Shown: piece after piece, positions 45,564 through 53,916 of the stretch | Numbering within the stretch: position 1 is the stretch's first letter | Layout: each line of letters begins with the position of its first letter | Assembly: GCA_963717515.1 (NCBI GenBank) | Contig: OY970338.1 | Location: 1,172,861 to 1,236,860, forward strand | Reading direction: 5' to 3' | Source: an uncultured Candidatus Woesearchaeota archaeon | GTDB taxonomy: Archaea > Nanobdellota > Nanobdellia > Woesearchaeales > DSVV01 | Length of the DNA stretch: 64,000 nt | Position numbers and translations under genes: made by a program | The notes under the pieces: model-generated | What the model saw: only the letters and a program-made list of their open reading frames with translations | Told to the model about the DNA's origin: nothing | The model's database searches: none

Positions 45564-46643
45564 ATGGCAGAAACAACAAGGGAAATATCACGCTATGTGA
45601 AGTACGGAGTAATAATCCCGACTACCCTCTGGGCTGCTGTCCAGCTCGGCAGGTTCGGCCTGTGCGCTGATTTCAATCCTAACTTTGCGCTTTTCCATAA
45701 TGAACCGGAAATCCATTCAACGCTGGATATTCAACCTCCTGCTTCAGGCCTGATTGCTGCACTTGAACAGGGATATGAGCTGCCCAGGAATAACCTGCAT
45801 GAAAACCCGGAATCCATCAATGAGGCAGGGCTTAGGAAGAACCTGTTCTCAGGCCAGAAGAGCCTGCAGCACGATTCCCTGAATGAAGTGAAAGATATCC
45901 TGTCAACCCGGAATAACCTGTACAGCAAAGTCGTCGGAAATAAGGAAATCCCAGTAAGGAACAAGGTGATGGAGCTTGAAGATACAATATCGGACCTGAC
46001 TCAGTATGATGATTATATCACAGAAGCATGCAAGGAATTCAATGTCGACAAAATGATGGCTTATGCTGTAATCAGGAGGGAATCCCAGTCAGACCCCAGG
46101 GCGATATCTGATACTGGAGCAGCCGGGCTCCTGCAGCTTACGACAGCAACGGCAAGGGAGCTGGGCCTGAGAGTGGATTCTGTTATTGATGAGCGGCTTG
46201 ATCCTGAAAAAGCCATCGACGCAGGTATAAGGTACCTTAAAAAACTCCAGGACATGTTCGGGAAGCAGCACCTTGTGCATATCGCATGGAACTATGGCAT
46301 GGGAAACACTATGAAGCTGAAAAAATACTGGGGCAATGTCGCGCAGCTCTATATGCATATCCCTGACAAGAGAAAAAGGGAAGAGGTGAAGATCCATGTA
46401 AAAAAGATCCTTGCCACAGAATACCTGCTTGCGAAAAAGGATGAATACAGGCTGAACATCGACAAAAAGCCCCTCTATTCTGAAAGGATCAGGAACACAA
46501 GCACCCATATTGTAAAAAAAGGCAACACACTCTATAGCATAGCAAATAAATACGGAATGAAAACAGATGAGCTGAAGAAGATAAATCCGAGAATAAAGAA
46601 ATTCAGCATGATAATGCCAGGGATGCAGATAAGGGTATACTGA
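45564..46643 (+). CDS. Membrane-anchored lytic transglycosylase (SLT domain) with a C-terminal LysM domain
   Basis: N-terminal TM YGVIIPTTLWAAVQLGRFGL; SLT signature MMAYAVIRRESQSDPRAISDTGAAGLLQLTTATA; LysM HIVKKGNTLYSIANKYGMKTDELKKINP...PGMQIRV. Confidence 0.8.
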   Translation: MAETTREISRYVKYGVIIPTTLWAAVQLGRFGLCADFNPNFALFHNEPEIHSTLDIQPPASGLIAALEQGYELPRNNLHENPESINEAGLRKNLFSGQKSLQHDSLNEVKDILSTRNNLYSKVVGNKEIPVRNKVMELEDTISDLTQYDDYITEACKEFNVDKMMAYAVIRRESQSDPRAISDTGAAGLLQLTTATARELGLRVDSVIDERLDPEKAIDAGIRYLKKLQDMFGKQHLVHIAWNYGMGNTMKLKKYWGNVAQLYMHIPDKRKREEVKIHVKKILATEYLLAKKDEYRLNIDKKPLYSERIRNTSTHIVKKGNTLYSIANKYGMKTDELKKINPRIKKFSMIMPGMQIRVY

Positions 46644-46652
46644 GCGGTTCTC

Positions 46653-46660
46653 AAAAAAAA
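46653..46660 (-). terminator. Oligo-T tract (T8 on the minus strand) downstream of acdA
   Basis: A run of 8 A on the plus strand lies 43 nt beyond the acdA stop. Archaeal termination commonly uses oligo-T tracts. Confidence 0.35.
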
Positions 46661-46702
46661 TCCATAAGGTTTCGGTTGCTACCGATTGCCAAACATAAAA
46701 TT

Positions 46703-48100
46703 CTATCTCTTTCCCCTTTCTACAAGCGCCCACATGGCCTTTGCAGCCTTCCTAGGGTCATTGTAGTCAGGGATATTGTGCTCTTCAAGGTAATTTATCC
46801 CTGATTTTGAGAATTTACCGCCCATGTAGACACAGATTATGGGCTTTTTCGGCCATTTTTTCTGGGCCGCCACGACAACCTTCGCATCTTCTACAGGATC
46901 AGTCATCGTCTGCAGGGTCTGAAGCACTATCATGCCGTGGATGTAATCTTCGGACAGCAAAATGTTGACAGCAATCTTGTATCTCTCAGGAAGGGCATCG
47001 CCAACTATGTCAAGCGGGTTTCTGCCTGAATACGCCGGGTGCATCTTGCCTGATTTCTCGAGCTTCTTTATAGTGCTTTTTTTGAATTCAGCCAGGCGAA
47101 CACCGAAATCCTCACAATAGTCAGCTGCAAGAACACCACAGCCTCCGCCGTTAGTAACAATCGCTATGCTGTTTTTTTTGCAGGGGGGCTGTTCTGAGAC
47201 AGCCTTTGCCAGGTCAAATAGCTCTTCCACATTGTCTGCCTGGATAATCCCTGCCTGTTTGAAAGCTGCCTCGTAAACCTTATAAGAGCCTGCGAGACTT
47301 CCTGTATGCGAGCTAATGGCTTTCGTCCCGGCCATGCCCCTTCCTGCCTTGAGGGCGATGACAGGCTTTTTTCTGCAGACCTTTTTTGCAATATTCAAGA
47401 ACCTCCTGCCGTCCTTCACACCTTCAATGTATAATGTGATGACTTTTGTCTCATCATCTTCTGCAAGCCATTCCATGAAATCCTCTGCATCGAGGTCTGC
47501 CTTGTTGCCGTAACTGATTATGTTCGAGAAACCATATCTTTCGTCTATGGCCCAGTCTATCACACTGTCTGCAAGTGCTCCTGACTGGCTGACAAAGGCC
47601 ACACCTCCCTTCGGCGGCATCGTCGGGGCGAAGCTCGCATTCATGCTGTTCTCCATGCGAAGCACACCAAGGCAGTTAGGCCCAACAATACGGATTTTCC
47701 CCTTCCTGGCAATCCTGACAACCTCTTTCTGCAGCCTTTTTCCTTCTTCACCGAACTCGCCGAATCCTGCGGATATTATTATGGCCCCTTTCACGCCTTT
47801 AGAGATGCATTCTTTCATGACTCCCGGCACGACCCTTGCAGGCACAGCGATGATAGCCAGGTCAATATGTTCATCTATTTCAGAAAGCGAAGGATAGCAT
47901 TTCCTGCCGAGCAGACTGTCTGCTTTCGGGTTGACCAGGAATACCTTTCCCTTGAACGGCCTGCAATCCCGGCTTTTGAATACCCCTCCTTTCAAAAGGT
48001 TCACCAGTATGCCATGACCAACTGACTCTGTCTTTCGAGATGCTCCGATAAGTACGATAGATTTTGGCTTGAATATGCTGTCGAGCTGGCTCTTACTCAT
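46703..48100 (-). CDS. acdA: Acetyl-CoA synthetase (ADP-forming), alpha subunit
   Basis: N-terminal CoA-binding fold SIVLIGASRKTESVGHGIL, succinyl-CoA-synthetase-like domains, and the histidine-loop region AISSHTGSLAG. Confidence 0.85.
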   Translation of the reverse strand: MSKSQLDSIFKPKSIVLIGASRKTESVGHGILVNLLKGGVFKSRDCRPFKGKVFLVNPKADSLLGRKCYPSLSEIDEHIDLAIIAVPARVVPGVMKECISKGVKGAIIISAGFGEFGEEGKRLQKEVVRIARKGKIRIVGPNCLGVLRMENSMNASFAPTMPPKGGVAFVSQSGALADSVIDWAIDERYGFSNIISYGNKADLDAEDFMEWLAEDDETKVITLYIEGVKDGRRFLNIAKKVCRKKPVIALKAGRGMAGTKAISSHTGSLAGSYKVYEAAFKQAGIIQADNVEELFDLAKAVSEQPPCKKNSIAIVTNGGGCGVLAADYCEDFGVRLAEFKKSTIKKLEKSGKMHPAYSGRNPLDIVGDALPERYKIAVNILLSEDYIHGMIVLQTLQTMTDPVEDAKVVVAAQKKWPKKPIICVYMGGKFSKSGINYLEEHNIPDYNDPRKAAKAMWALVERGKR

Positions 48101-48761
48101 CTTTAAGCATCCTCACATCGACCACTCTTGCATGCCTTTCATTGACTATGACTGGGTTGAAGTCGATCTCTGCAATATCCTTCTCTTTGACAGACATCCC
48201 GGAGATCCTCGATAACATATCTGCAAGCGCATCTATGTTGACCGGTTTTTCGCCGCGAAACCCCCTCAGGATTTTTATGCCCTTAATCTCCTCCATCATT
48301 TCTTTTATGTCTTTTTTGCTGAGGGGGGCAATCCTCATCGAGACATCTTTGAACACCTCCACGAGCACCCCGCCCATGCCGAAAAGAATCACAGGTCCGA
48401 ACTGGGCATCGCGCTTCATGCCGATAATCACCTCTGTCCCTGAGAGCTGTTCCTGGAGCATGAAATCCAGCTTCTCGCTTGGATATCTCTTCCTGAAACG
48501 CTTTTCAGAGTCTGCCAGATGCCTGGCAAGCTCCTGTCTGCTCTGAATACCGGTGATCACCGCCTTTTCCTCGGTCTTGTGAACAATCTTTTCAGATACC
48601 AGCTTCAGGACAAGGGGAAAATTTATCAGGCTCTGCTGGGCTGACCTGATATCATGATAGATATGAGATTTCGCTGCGGGAATTCCGTATCCCTTCAGCA
48701 ATCCCAGTGCCTCTTTCTGCTCAGCAAGCCTCATCCTGAGCAGATGAGGAACAACCCTCAT
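48093..48761 (-). CDS. acdB: Acetyl-CoA synthetase (ADP-forming), beta (ATP-grasp) subunit
   Basis: EALGLLKGYGIP..., KLVS..IVHKTE and GPVILFGMGGV..E; overlaps acdA by 8 nt. Confidence 0.85.
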   Translation of the reverse strand: MRVVPHLLRMRLAEQKEALGLLKGYGIPAAKSHIYHDIRSAQQSLINFPLVLKLVSEKIVHKTEEKAVITGIQSRQELARHLADSEKRFRKRYPSEKLDFMLQEQLSGTEVIIGMKRDAQFGPVILFGMGGVLVEVFKDVSMRIAPLSKKDIKEMMEEIKGIKILRGFRGEKPVNIDALADMLSRISGMSVKEKDIAEIDFNPVIVNERHARVVDVRMLKDE

Positions 48762-49115
48762 ATAAATGTTTTTTCAATGCAGAAAAATTATGGCAAATCC
48801 CGGGAAGAGGGAATATTTCTGATACTACCGGTTGATACATAACATTATTCATTTTCAATATATGAATGGAATTTTGTCAGCAGGAAGTTGTGAATCATCC
48901 TGATGCCAAAAAAATGTAGGAAGATTTAAATATTAGTTATGTTTTTAATTACATGTTTGTTTTAACTTTTGAGTGAGAATAAAAAATCATCTTATCCTGA
49001 TGAATACTTGGGATAGGTAAAAAATCGTAACATTTTAATAGTAGTACTCGCTTTTTATCGCCAGTTGGGGTGGACAAAAGTTCTGCCGATAGACGGTAAA
49101 AAGGAGGGGTGAACA

Positions 49116-49928
49116 ATGATTGTGAAAGAAGAATTTTTGAGCAAGCTGAGGCGCTATTTTTCATTGAACCTGTATGAAGTAAAGATCTGGGCTGCTCTGC
49201 TGTCAAGAGGGGTTTCGACAGCAGGTGAGCTTTCTGATATCGCGAATGTCCCAAGGTCAAGGAGTTATGACGTCCTTGAAAGCCTGGAGAAGAAGGGTTT
49301 TGTTGTCATGAAACTGGGAAAGCCTATAAAATACCTGGCAGTCCCACCCCAGGAAGTCCTTGAGCGTGTCAAGAAGAACATGAAGCAGGAAGCCAAGGAG
49401 AAAGTCGCAAGGCTTGATGACCTCAAGAACACGGAGATACTCAATGAGCTCAATGCTCTTCATACACAGGGAGTGGAGCTGGTTGAGCCCACAGACCTTT
49501 CAGGATCGCTCAGGGGAAGGCACAACCTGTACAACCATCTCGAGCTTACGATAAGGAACGCTGAGGAATCAGTCACCATCATGACCACGACCCAGGGCTT
49601 CATGAGAAAGATCGAGGGGCTCAAGCCTGTCTTCGAGAAGATTAAGAAGAGGGGCGTGAAGATAAGGATTGCCGCTCCTATAACAAAAGAGGCCATGGCT
49701 GCAGTCAAGGACATCCAGGAAGTCGCCGAGGTCAGGAGCACTGAATCAAGGGCAAGGTTCACAGTCGTCGACGGAAAAGAGATAATATTCATGGTGATCG
49801 ACGATTCAGAGGTCCACCCGACATATGATATCGGGATATGGGTCAACACGCCGTTCTTTGCAAATGCCATGCAGGAGCTATTCGATCTTGCGTGGAAAGA
49901 GATGAAACCCATAGCAAAGAGCAAATAG
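49116..49928 (+). CDS. trmB: TrmB-family transcriptional regulator
   Basis: LNLYEVKIWAALLSRGVSTAGELSDIANVPRSRSYDVLESLEKKGFV (TrmB wHTH). A strong SD, aaaggagggg, lies 6 nt upstream. Confidence 0.85.
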   Translation: MIVKEEFLSKLRRYFSLNLYEVKIWAALLSRGVSTAGELSDIANVPRSRSYDVLESLEKKGFVVMKLGKPIKYLAVPPQEVLERVKKNMKQEAKEKVARLDDLKNTEILNELNALHTQGVELVEPTDLSGSLRGRHNLYNHLELTIRNAEESVTIMTTTQGFMRKIEGLKPVFEKIKKRGVKIRIAAPITKEAMAAVKDIQEVAEVRSTESRARFTVVDGKEIIFMVIDDSEVHPTYDIGIWVNTPFFANAMQELFDLAWKEMKPIAKSK

Positions 49929-50030
49929 ATATTTTTTTCTTATTCTTTATATCTGGTTTTGTCATGAGCTGGAAGGCTCTTGACCTGTATTGATTCTCAA
50001 CTGAAAAGATTTCATGAAAATCAAATCCAT

Positions 50031-50044
50031 AAAATTTATATATT
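50031..50044 (+). promoter_or_regulatory. TATA box of the DUF134/NifX-like cluster
   Basis: aaaatttatatatt lies ~30 nt upstream of the ATG at 50068. Confidence 0.6.
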
Positions 50045-50046
50045 AG

Positions 50047-50066
50047 TTATGCATTATAATGCATAA
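50047..50066. promoter_or_regulatory. Perfect 20-bp palindrome TTATGCATTATAATGCATAA (operator candidate)
   Basis: Self-complementarity was verified base by base. It lies between the TATA box and the start codon and overlaps the expected transcription start. Confidence 0.6.
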
Positions 50067-50067
50067 T

Positions 50068-50574
50068 ATGGTCAGACCGAGAAAGTTGAGGATGGTGAAT
50101 TTCGAGCCAGGCGTGACGTATTTCAAGCCAAGGGCAGTGCCTCTGAGGAAGCTAGCTGAAATAGAATTGGCAATAGATGAGCTGGAGGCGATGAGGCTCT
50201 CAGACATGGAAAGGCTAAGCCAGGCCGAGGCAGCTGAAAAGATGGAGATACACCAGTCCACTTTCCAGAGGACGCTTGCGAGAGCGAGGGAGAAGGTGGC
50301 TGATGCTCTCGTGAACGGCAAGGCCATAAAGATCAGAGGAGGTGAGTACAAGATGCCAGGAGGAGACGGAACAGGGCCGATGGGAGCAGGGCCCGGCAGA
50401 GGTTTTGGCAGAGGAGCAGGAGCCGGAAGAGGCAGGATGGGCGGACCTCTCTCAGCAGGGCCCGGAGGGGATTGCGTATGCCCTAAATGTGGCCATCACA
50501 TGGTGCATGCAAGAGGGCAGCCGTGCAACCAGACAAGGTGTCCTAAATGCAGCACCATGATGACCAGAGGATAA
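50068..50574 (+). CDS. DUF134 (predicted DNA-binding) protein fused to a DUF5320-like G-rich segment and a zinc ribbon
   Basis: RPRKLRMVNFEPGVTYFKPRAVPLR...LSQAEAAEKMEIHQSTFQRTLARAREKVADALVNGKAIKI is the DUF134 pattern. It is followed by GGDGTGPMGAGPGRGFGRGAG and CVCPKCGH...CPKC. An alternative ATG lies at 50059. Confidence 0.8.
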   Translation: MVRPRKLRMVNFEPGVTYFKPRAVPLRKLAEIELAIDELEAMRLSDMERLSQAEAAEKMEIHQSTFQRTLARAREKVADALVNGKAIKIRGGEYKMPGGDGTGPMGAGPGRGFGRGAGAGRGRMGGPLSAGPGGDCVCPKCGHHMVHARGQPCNQTRCPKCSTMMTRG

Positions 50575-50585
50575 GGAGGAACAGG

Positions 50586-51383
50586 ATGAAGATAGCAATA
50601 ACAGCAGAAGATGTCACATTGGAGAGCAGAGTCGATCCGAAATTCGGCAGATGCAGGTATTTCCTGATAGCAGATATAGAAAACGAAGGGCTTACCCACG
50701 AAGGGCTATCCCAAGCAGTGAAAAATGAAGGGGCTATCCAGGGGCATGGCGCTGGGATTAAGGCAGCGAAACAATTAGGCGAGCTTGGTGTCAAGGCTGT
50801 ATTGACAGGGGAAGTCGGGCCGAATGCAGCAGATGTACTTGAACAGCTTGGAATCAAGGCGTACCATGCCTCAGGGACTGCTAAAGAATCTGTCGAGAAA
50901 TTCAGGAACAATGAGCTCAAAGCCATAGCTGGGCAAATTGAGCCAAGGACAGACGATGTATCAAGGCAAATAAAAGAGGACAGGAGCGAGATGCCAGGGC
51001 ATGCAAATGAAGAGAGGATATTTTTCCCTTTGCTTGATGACAATGGCATGGATTCGAGGATATCGCCGCATTTCGGGCATGCACCATTTTTCGGCCTGTT
51101 CGACACAAAGACAGGAGGGTTTACGATAACAGGCAACACATTGAGCCATGATGACCCGGACAAGTCGCCGGTTGACCAGATTGTCGAGTCAGTGAACCCT
51201 ACAACTGTCTTTGCACAAGGTATAGGTGCAAGGGCGAAGATGCTTTTCAGCGAGAAGGGCATATCAATAAAGACAGGCCTGTTTGAGAATGTAAGGGATG
51301 CTGTTGACAACCTGGACAAGCTGGCTGAGCAGAAATCGGACTGCGGCCACGCGCATCATCACGGACACAGGAACAGGAGGTAG
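50586..51383 (+). CDS. Tandem NifB/NifX-like (Nitro_FeMo-Co family) domain protein with a His-rich C-terminus
   Basis: Two copies of the family signature are present (MKIAITAED..SRVDPKFGRCRYFLIAD and ..DSRISPHFGHAPFFGLFD). The tail reads CGHAHHHGHRNRR. SD aaggagg lies upstream of the ATG at 50586. Confidence 0.8.
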   Translation: MKIAITAEDVTLESRVDPKFGRCRYFLIADIENEGLTHEGLSQAVKNEGAIQGHGAGIKAAKQLGELGVKAVLTGEVGPNAADVLEQLGIKAYHASGTAKESVEKFRNNELKAIAGQIEPRTDDVSRQIKEDRSEMPGHANEERIFFPLLDDNGMDSRISPHFGHAPFFGLFDTKTGGFTITGNTLSHDDPDKSPVDQIVESVNPTTVFAQGIGARAKMLFSEKGISIKTGLFENVRDAVDNLDKLAEQKSDCGHAHHHGHRNRR

Positions 51384-51396
51384 AAAAGTGGAAGAC

Positions 51397-51726
51397 ATGA
51401 AAGATGTATTAGGAGAGGTACAGCACAGCCTGGAGAATCTGGGAAAAGAGTATCCCGGATTCATGAATGCATTCGGAGGCTTCATGGGCGAGGTCGAGAA
51501 GGAAGGGGCTCTTGACAGGAAGACAAAGGAGCTCATATCCGTGGCGCTGAGCATCGTCGCACACTGCAGATGGTGCATCGCATACCATGTAAAAGGAGCC
51601 CTCGATGCAGGTGCGACAAAAGACCAGGTGATGGAATCGTGCTTCGTCGCATCACTCATGGGAGGCGGGCCTGCACTGATGTATACGCAGCTTGCTGTCA
51701 AGGCTCTTGAGGACCTTTCATCCTGA
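51397..51726 (+). CDS. AhpD-like / carboxymuconolactone decarboxylase family protein (CxxC)
   Basis: LDRKTKELISVALSIVAHCRWCIAYHVKGALDAGATKDQVMES. An alternative GTG start at 51388 lies 7 nt after a GGAGG. Confidence 0.8.
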   Translation: MKDVLGEVQHSLENLGKEYPGFMNAFGGFMGEVEKEGALDRKTKELISVALSIVAHCRWCIAYHVKGALDAGATKDQVMESCFVASLMGGGPALMYTQLAVKALEDLSS

Positions 51727-51792
51727 ACATATTTTTTGTTATTTTATTTCTGAAACTTTTGAATTGTTTTGATCATTTCTGGGTTGCTGAAA

Positions 51793-52635
51793 ATGAGGAT
51801 AATCGGAATAACAGGGGGCAAGGGAGGAACAGGAAAATCGACAGTAGCTACTGCGCTTGCAATTGAGCTTGGAAAAAAACATAAGGTGCTTCTGGTCGAT
51901 GCTGATGTCGATTGCCCGAACGACCATCTGCTGTTAAGCATTATAAGGCAACCCTTTAACACGGTCGAACAGAGGATACCTGAGTGGGACCTGAAAAAAT
52001 GTACGAGGTGTGGGCTCTGTGGAACTGTCTGTATGACAAATGCGATTGTATCCATCAAGGGCAGGACTCCGATATTTTTGAAAGCCCAGTGCAATGGCTG
52101 CGGTGCATGTGCCATAAAATGCCCTGTCAAGGCCATAAGCTGGGGCAAGAAGGAGATTGGAAGAATATTCTCAGGCAATGGCCACGGAGTAGATCTCATT
52201 TCAGGCGAGCTTAAATCAAATGAGCCTGTATCAGAGTTTGTGGTGAATTCATTGAACAGGACAATCAAGAAAAAAAGAGCAGGATATGATTACATCATCA
52301 TCGACACCGCAGCTGGGACGCACTGCCCGGTGATTGCAGCACTCGAGATGTGCGATGTTGTCTACCCAGTGACCGAGCCTACGCCGCTTGGCGCCCATGA
52401 CCTGGGGTTGATATTGAGGCTCCTCAATAGGCTGGACGTCAAGTCAAATGTGATATTGAACAGGTCTGATATAGGAGATAAAATATCAATAGCATCCCTT
52501 GTCCGGGAACATGGCCTGGACATCATTGCAGAGATCCCTTATTCAAGAGAGATAATGGAACATTATTCTTCAGGCCAGCCAATCGAGATTCCCGGCATCT
52601 CAAGGATAATAGAGGATATAAATAATGAAAGATAG
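51793..52635 (+). CDS. MinD/ParA-type P-loop ATPase with an inserted 2x[4Fe-4S] ferredoxin domain
   Basis: GGKGGTGKST deviant Walker A, CTRCGLCGTVC, and CNGCGACAIKCP. Confidence 0.85.
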   Translation: MRIIGITGGKGGTGKSTVATALAIELGKKHKVLLVDADVDCPNDHLLLSIIRQPFNTVEQRIPEWDLKKCTRCGLCGTVCMTNAIVSIKGRTPIFLKAQCNGCGACAIKCPVKAISWGKKEIGRIFSGNGHGVDLISGELKSNEPVSEFVVNSLNRTIKKKRAGYDYIIIDTAAGTHCPVIAALEMCDVVYPVTEPTPLGAHDLGLILRLLNRLDVKSNVILNRSDIGDKISIASLVREHGLDIIAEIPYSREIMEHYSSGQPIEIPGISRIIEDINNER

Positions 52636-53866
52636 GCTGAAAAAGGGGCAGAGGACAGCAGGGTTTGCGACAATTGCGACAATAATCCTGTCATTGGCAA
52701 AAGGGATTGCAGGCCTTCTCTCAGGAAGCATACTGCTAATAGCAGATGCAGTCCACAGCGGTGTAGACATCATAGCGATATTTGCATCATGGTTCGGGCT
52801 CAGGATTTCGCAGAGGCAGCCAAACAAGAAATTCCCATATGGGTATTACAAGGCAGAGAACCTGGCAACTTTAGTTGTTGTGGGCTTCATATTTCTTGCA
52901 GCCTATGAGATATTTATAGGGAGCTATAGAAAGCTCTTTACAGTGACTGAGCTCAGGCATCCGGCAATCGCCCTGGCAGTCCCGATATTCTCCAGTGCAG
53001 TGTCATATGCAATCGCACACTATGAGCACAAGGTCGGCCAGGAGATAGGGTCGCAGAGCCTCATTGCAAATGCCCAGGAGTCAAAGGCTGATGTCCTGTC
53101 ATCTCTTGTCGTATTTGCCGGTGTCCTGCTCTCATATTTCCATATCAGATATGTCGAGGGGATAATCGGGGTGCTTTTGTCTTTGCTGATAGTGAAGATA
53201 GGCTTTCAGAACGCCATATCAGCTGTACTTTCGCTCATGGATGCAAGCCCAGACCAGGAGCTTGAGAAAAAGATCGAGAAACTGGTCCTGAAGACTCCGG
53301 GAGCAAGAGAGGTGAGCCATATCAGGCTCAGGCAATCAGGACTGTTCGTGTTCGGCGAGGCCAATATCCTTGTCAGCAGGAGCCTGGACGTGAACAGGGC
53401 GCATGAGATATCTGAGAAGATTGAGGCGGAGATAAAGAAGAATTTTCCAAAGATTGAGTCATTCCTGATACACATAGAGCCTCATATGGGGCAAATTCAG
53501 AAAGTACTGGTCCCGATAAAGAACAAAGACGGCCTGGATTCGATTATCGTGGGCCATTTCGGCAGGGCGGATTATTTCATGTATGTCGTGATGAGGGATG
53601 GGAAGATCGAGTCCTGGAGCATCAAGGAGAACCCGCATGTAAAAAAGGATGTTAGGGCAGGGCTTTCTGCTGCAAAAGAGGTGTTGTCTGAAAACATTGA
53701 TGCGATTGTGCTCCAGAGGATTGGAGAGATAGCATTCCATGCGTTGAGAGACGGCTATGTCGACATATACAGGACTGATGGAAAAACAGCGAAACAGGTT
53801 ATTGACAACCTTATGAACAAGAAACTTGACAGGCTGGACAAGCCTACGCATTCAAGCGAAAAATGA
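52625..53866 (+). CDS. Cation diffusion facilitator (CDF) transporter fused to a C-terminal NifX-like domain
   Basis: The CDF TM core (LLIADAVHSGVDII, ..AHYEHK.., SKADVLSS) and cytoplasmic domain are followed, from about nt 53501, by KVLVPIKNKDGLDSIIVGHFGRADYFMYVV, the NifX-family signature. Confidence 0.8.
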   Translation: MKDRLKKGQRTAGFATIATIILSLAKGIAGLLSGSILLIADAVHSGVDIIAIFASWFGLRISQRQPNKKFPYGYYKAENLATLVVVGFIFLAAYEIFIGSYRKLFTVTELRHPAIALAVPIFSSAVSYAIAHYEHKVGQEIGSQSLIANAQESKADVLSSLVVFAGVLLSYFHIRYVEGIIGVLLSLLIVKIGFQNAISAVLSLMDASPDQELEKKIEKLVLKTPGAREVSHIRLRQSGLFVFGEANILVSRSLDVNRAHEISEKIEAEIKKNFPKIESFLIHIEPHMGQIQKVLVPIKNKDGLDSIIVGHFGRADYFMYVVMRDGKIESWSIKENPHVKKDVRAGLSAAKEVLSENIDAIVLQRIGEIAFHALRDGYVDIYRTDGKTAKQVIDNLMNKKLDRLDKPTHSSEK

Positions 53867-53916
53867 TCCAGATAGAAGGTTGCAGGAAAGATAATTGAAG
53901 ACAAGGGGATTTGAAG

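Noticed and set aside
48762-49115. The 354-bp intergenic region between acdB and trmB was checked for a tRNA, a small RNA and a TrmB operator. It contains an AGTACT palindrome at ~49041 and a TATA-like motif at ~48920.
   Set aside because: There is no cloverleaf-compatible G/C-rich stem pattern. Only a 6-bp palindrome is present, which is expected by chance in 354 bp of A/T-rich DNA. The region probably holds the divergent promoters and a trmB leader, but nothing specific can be supported.
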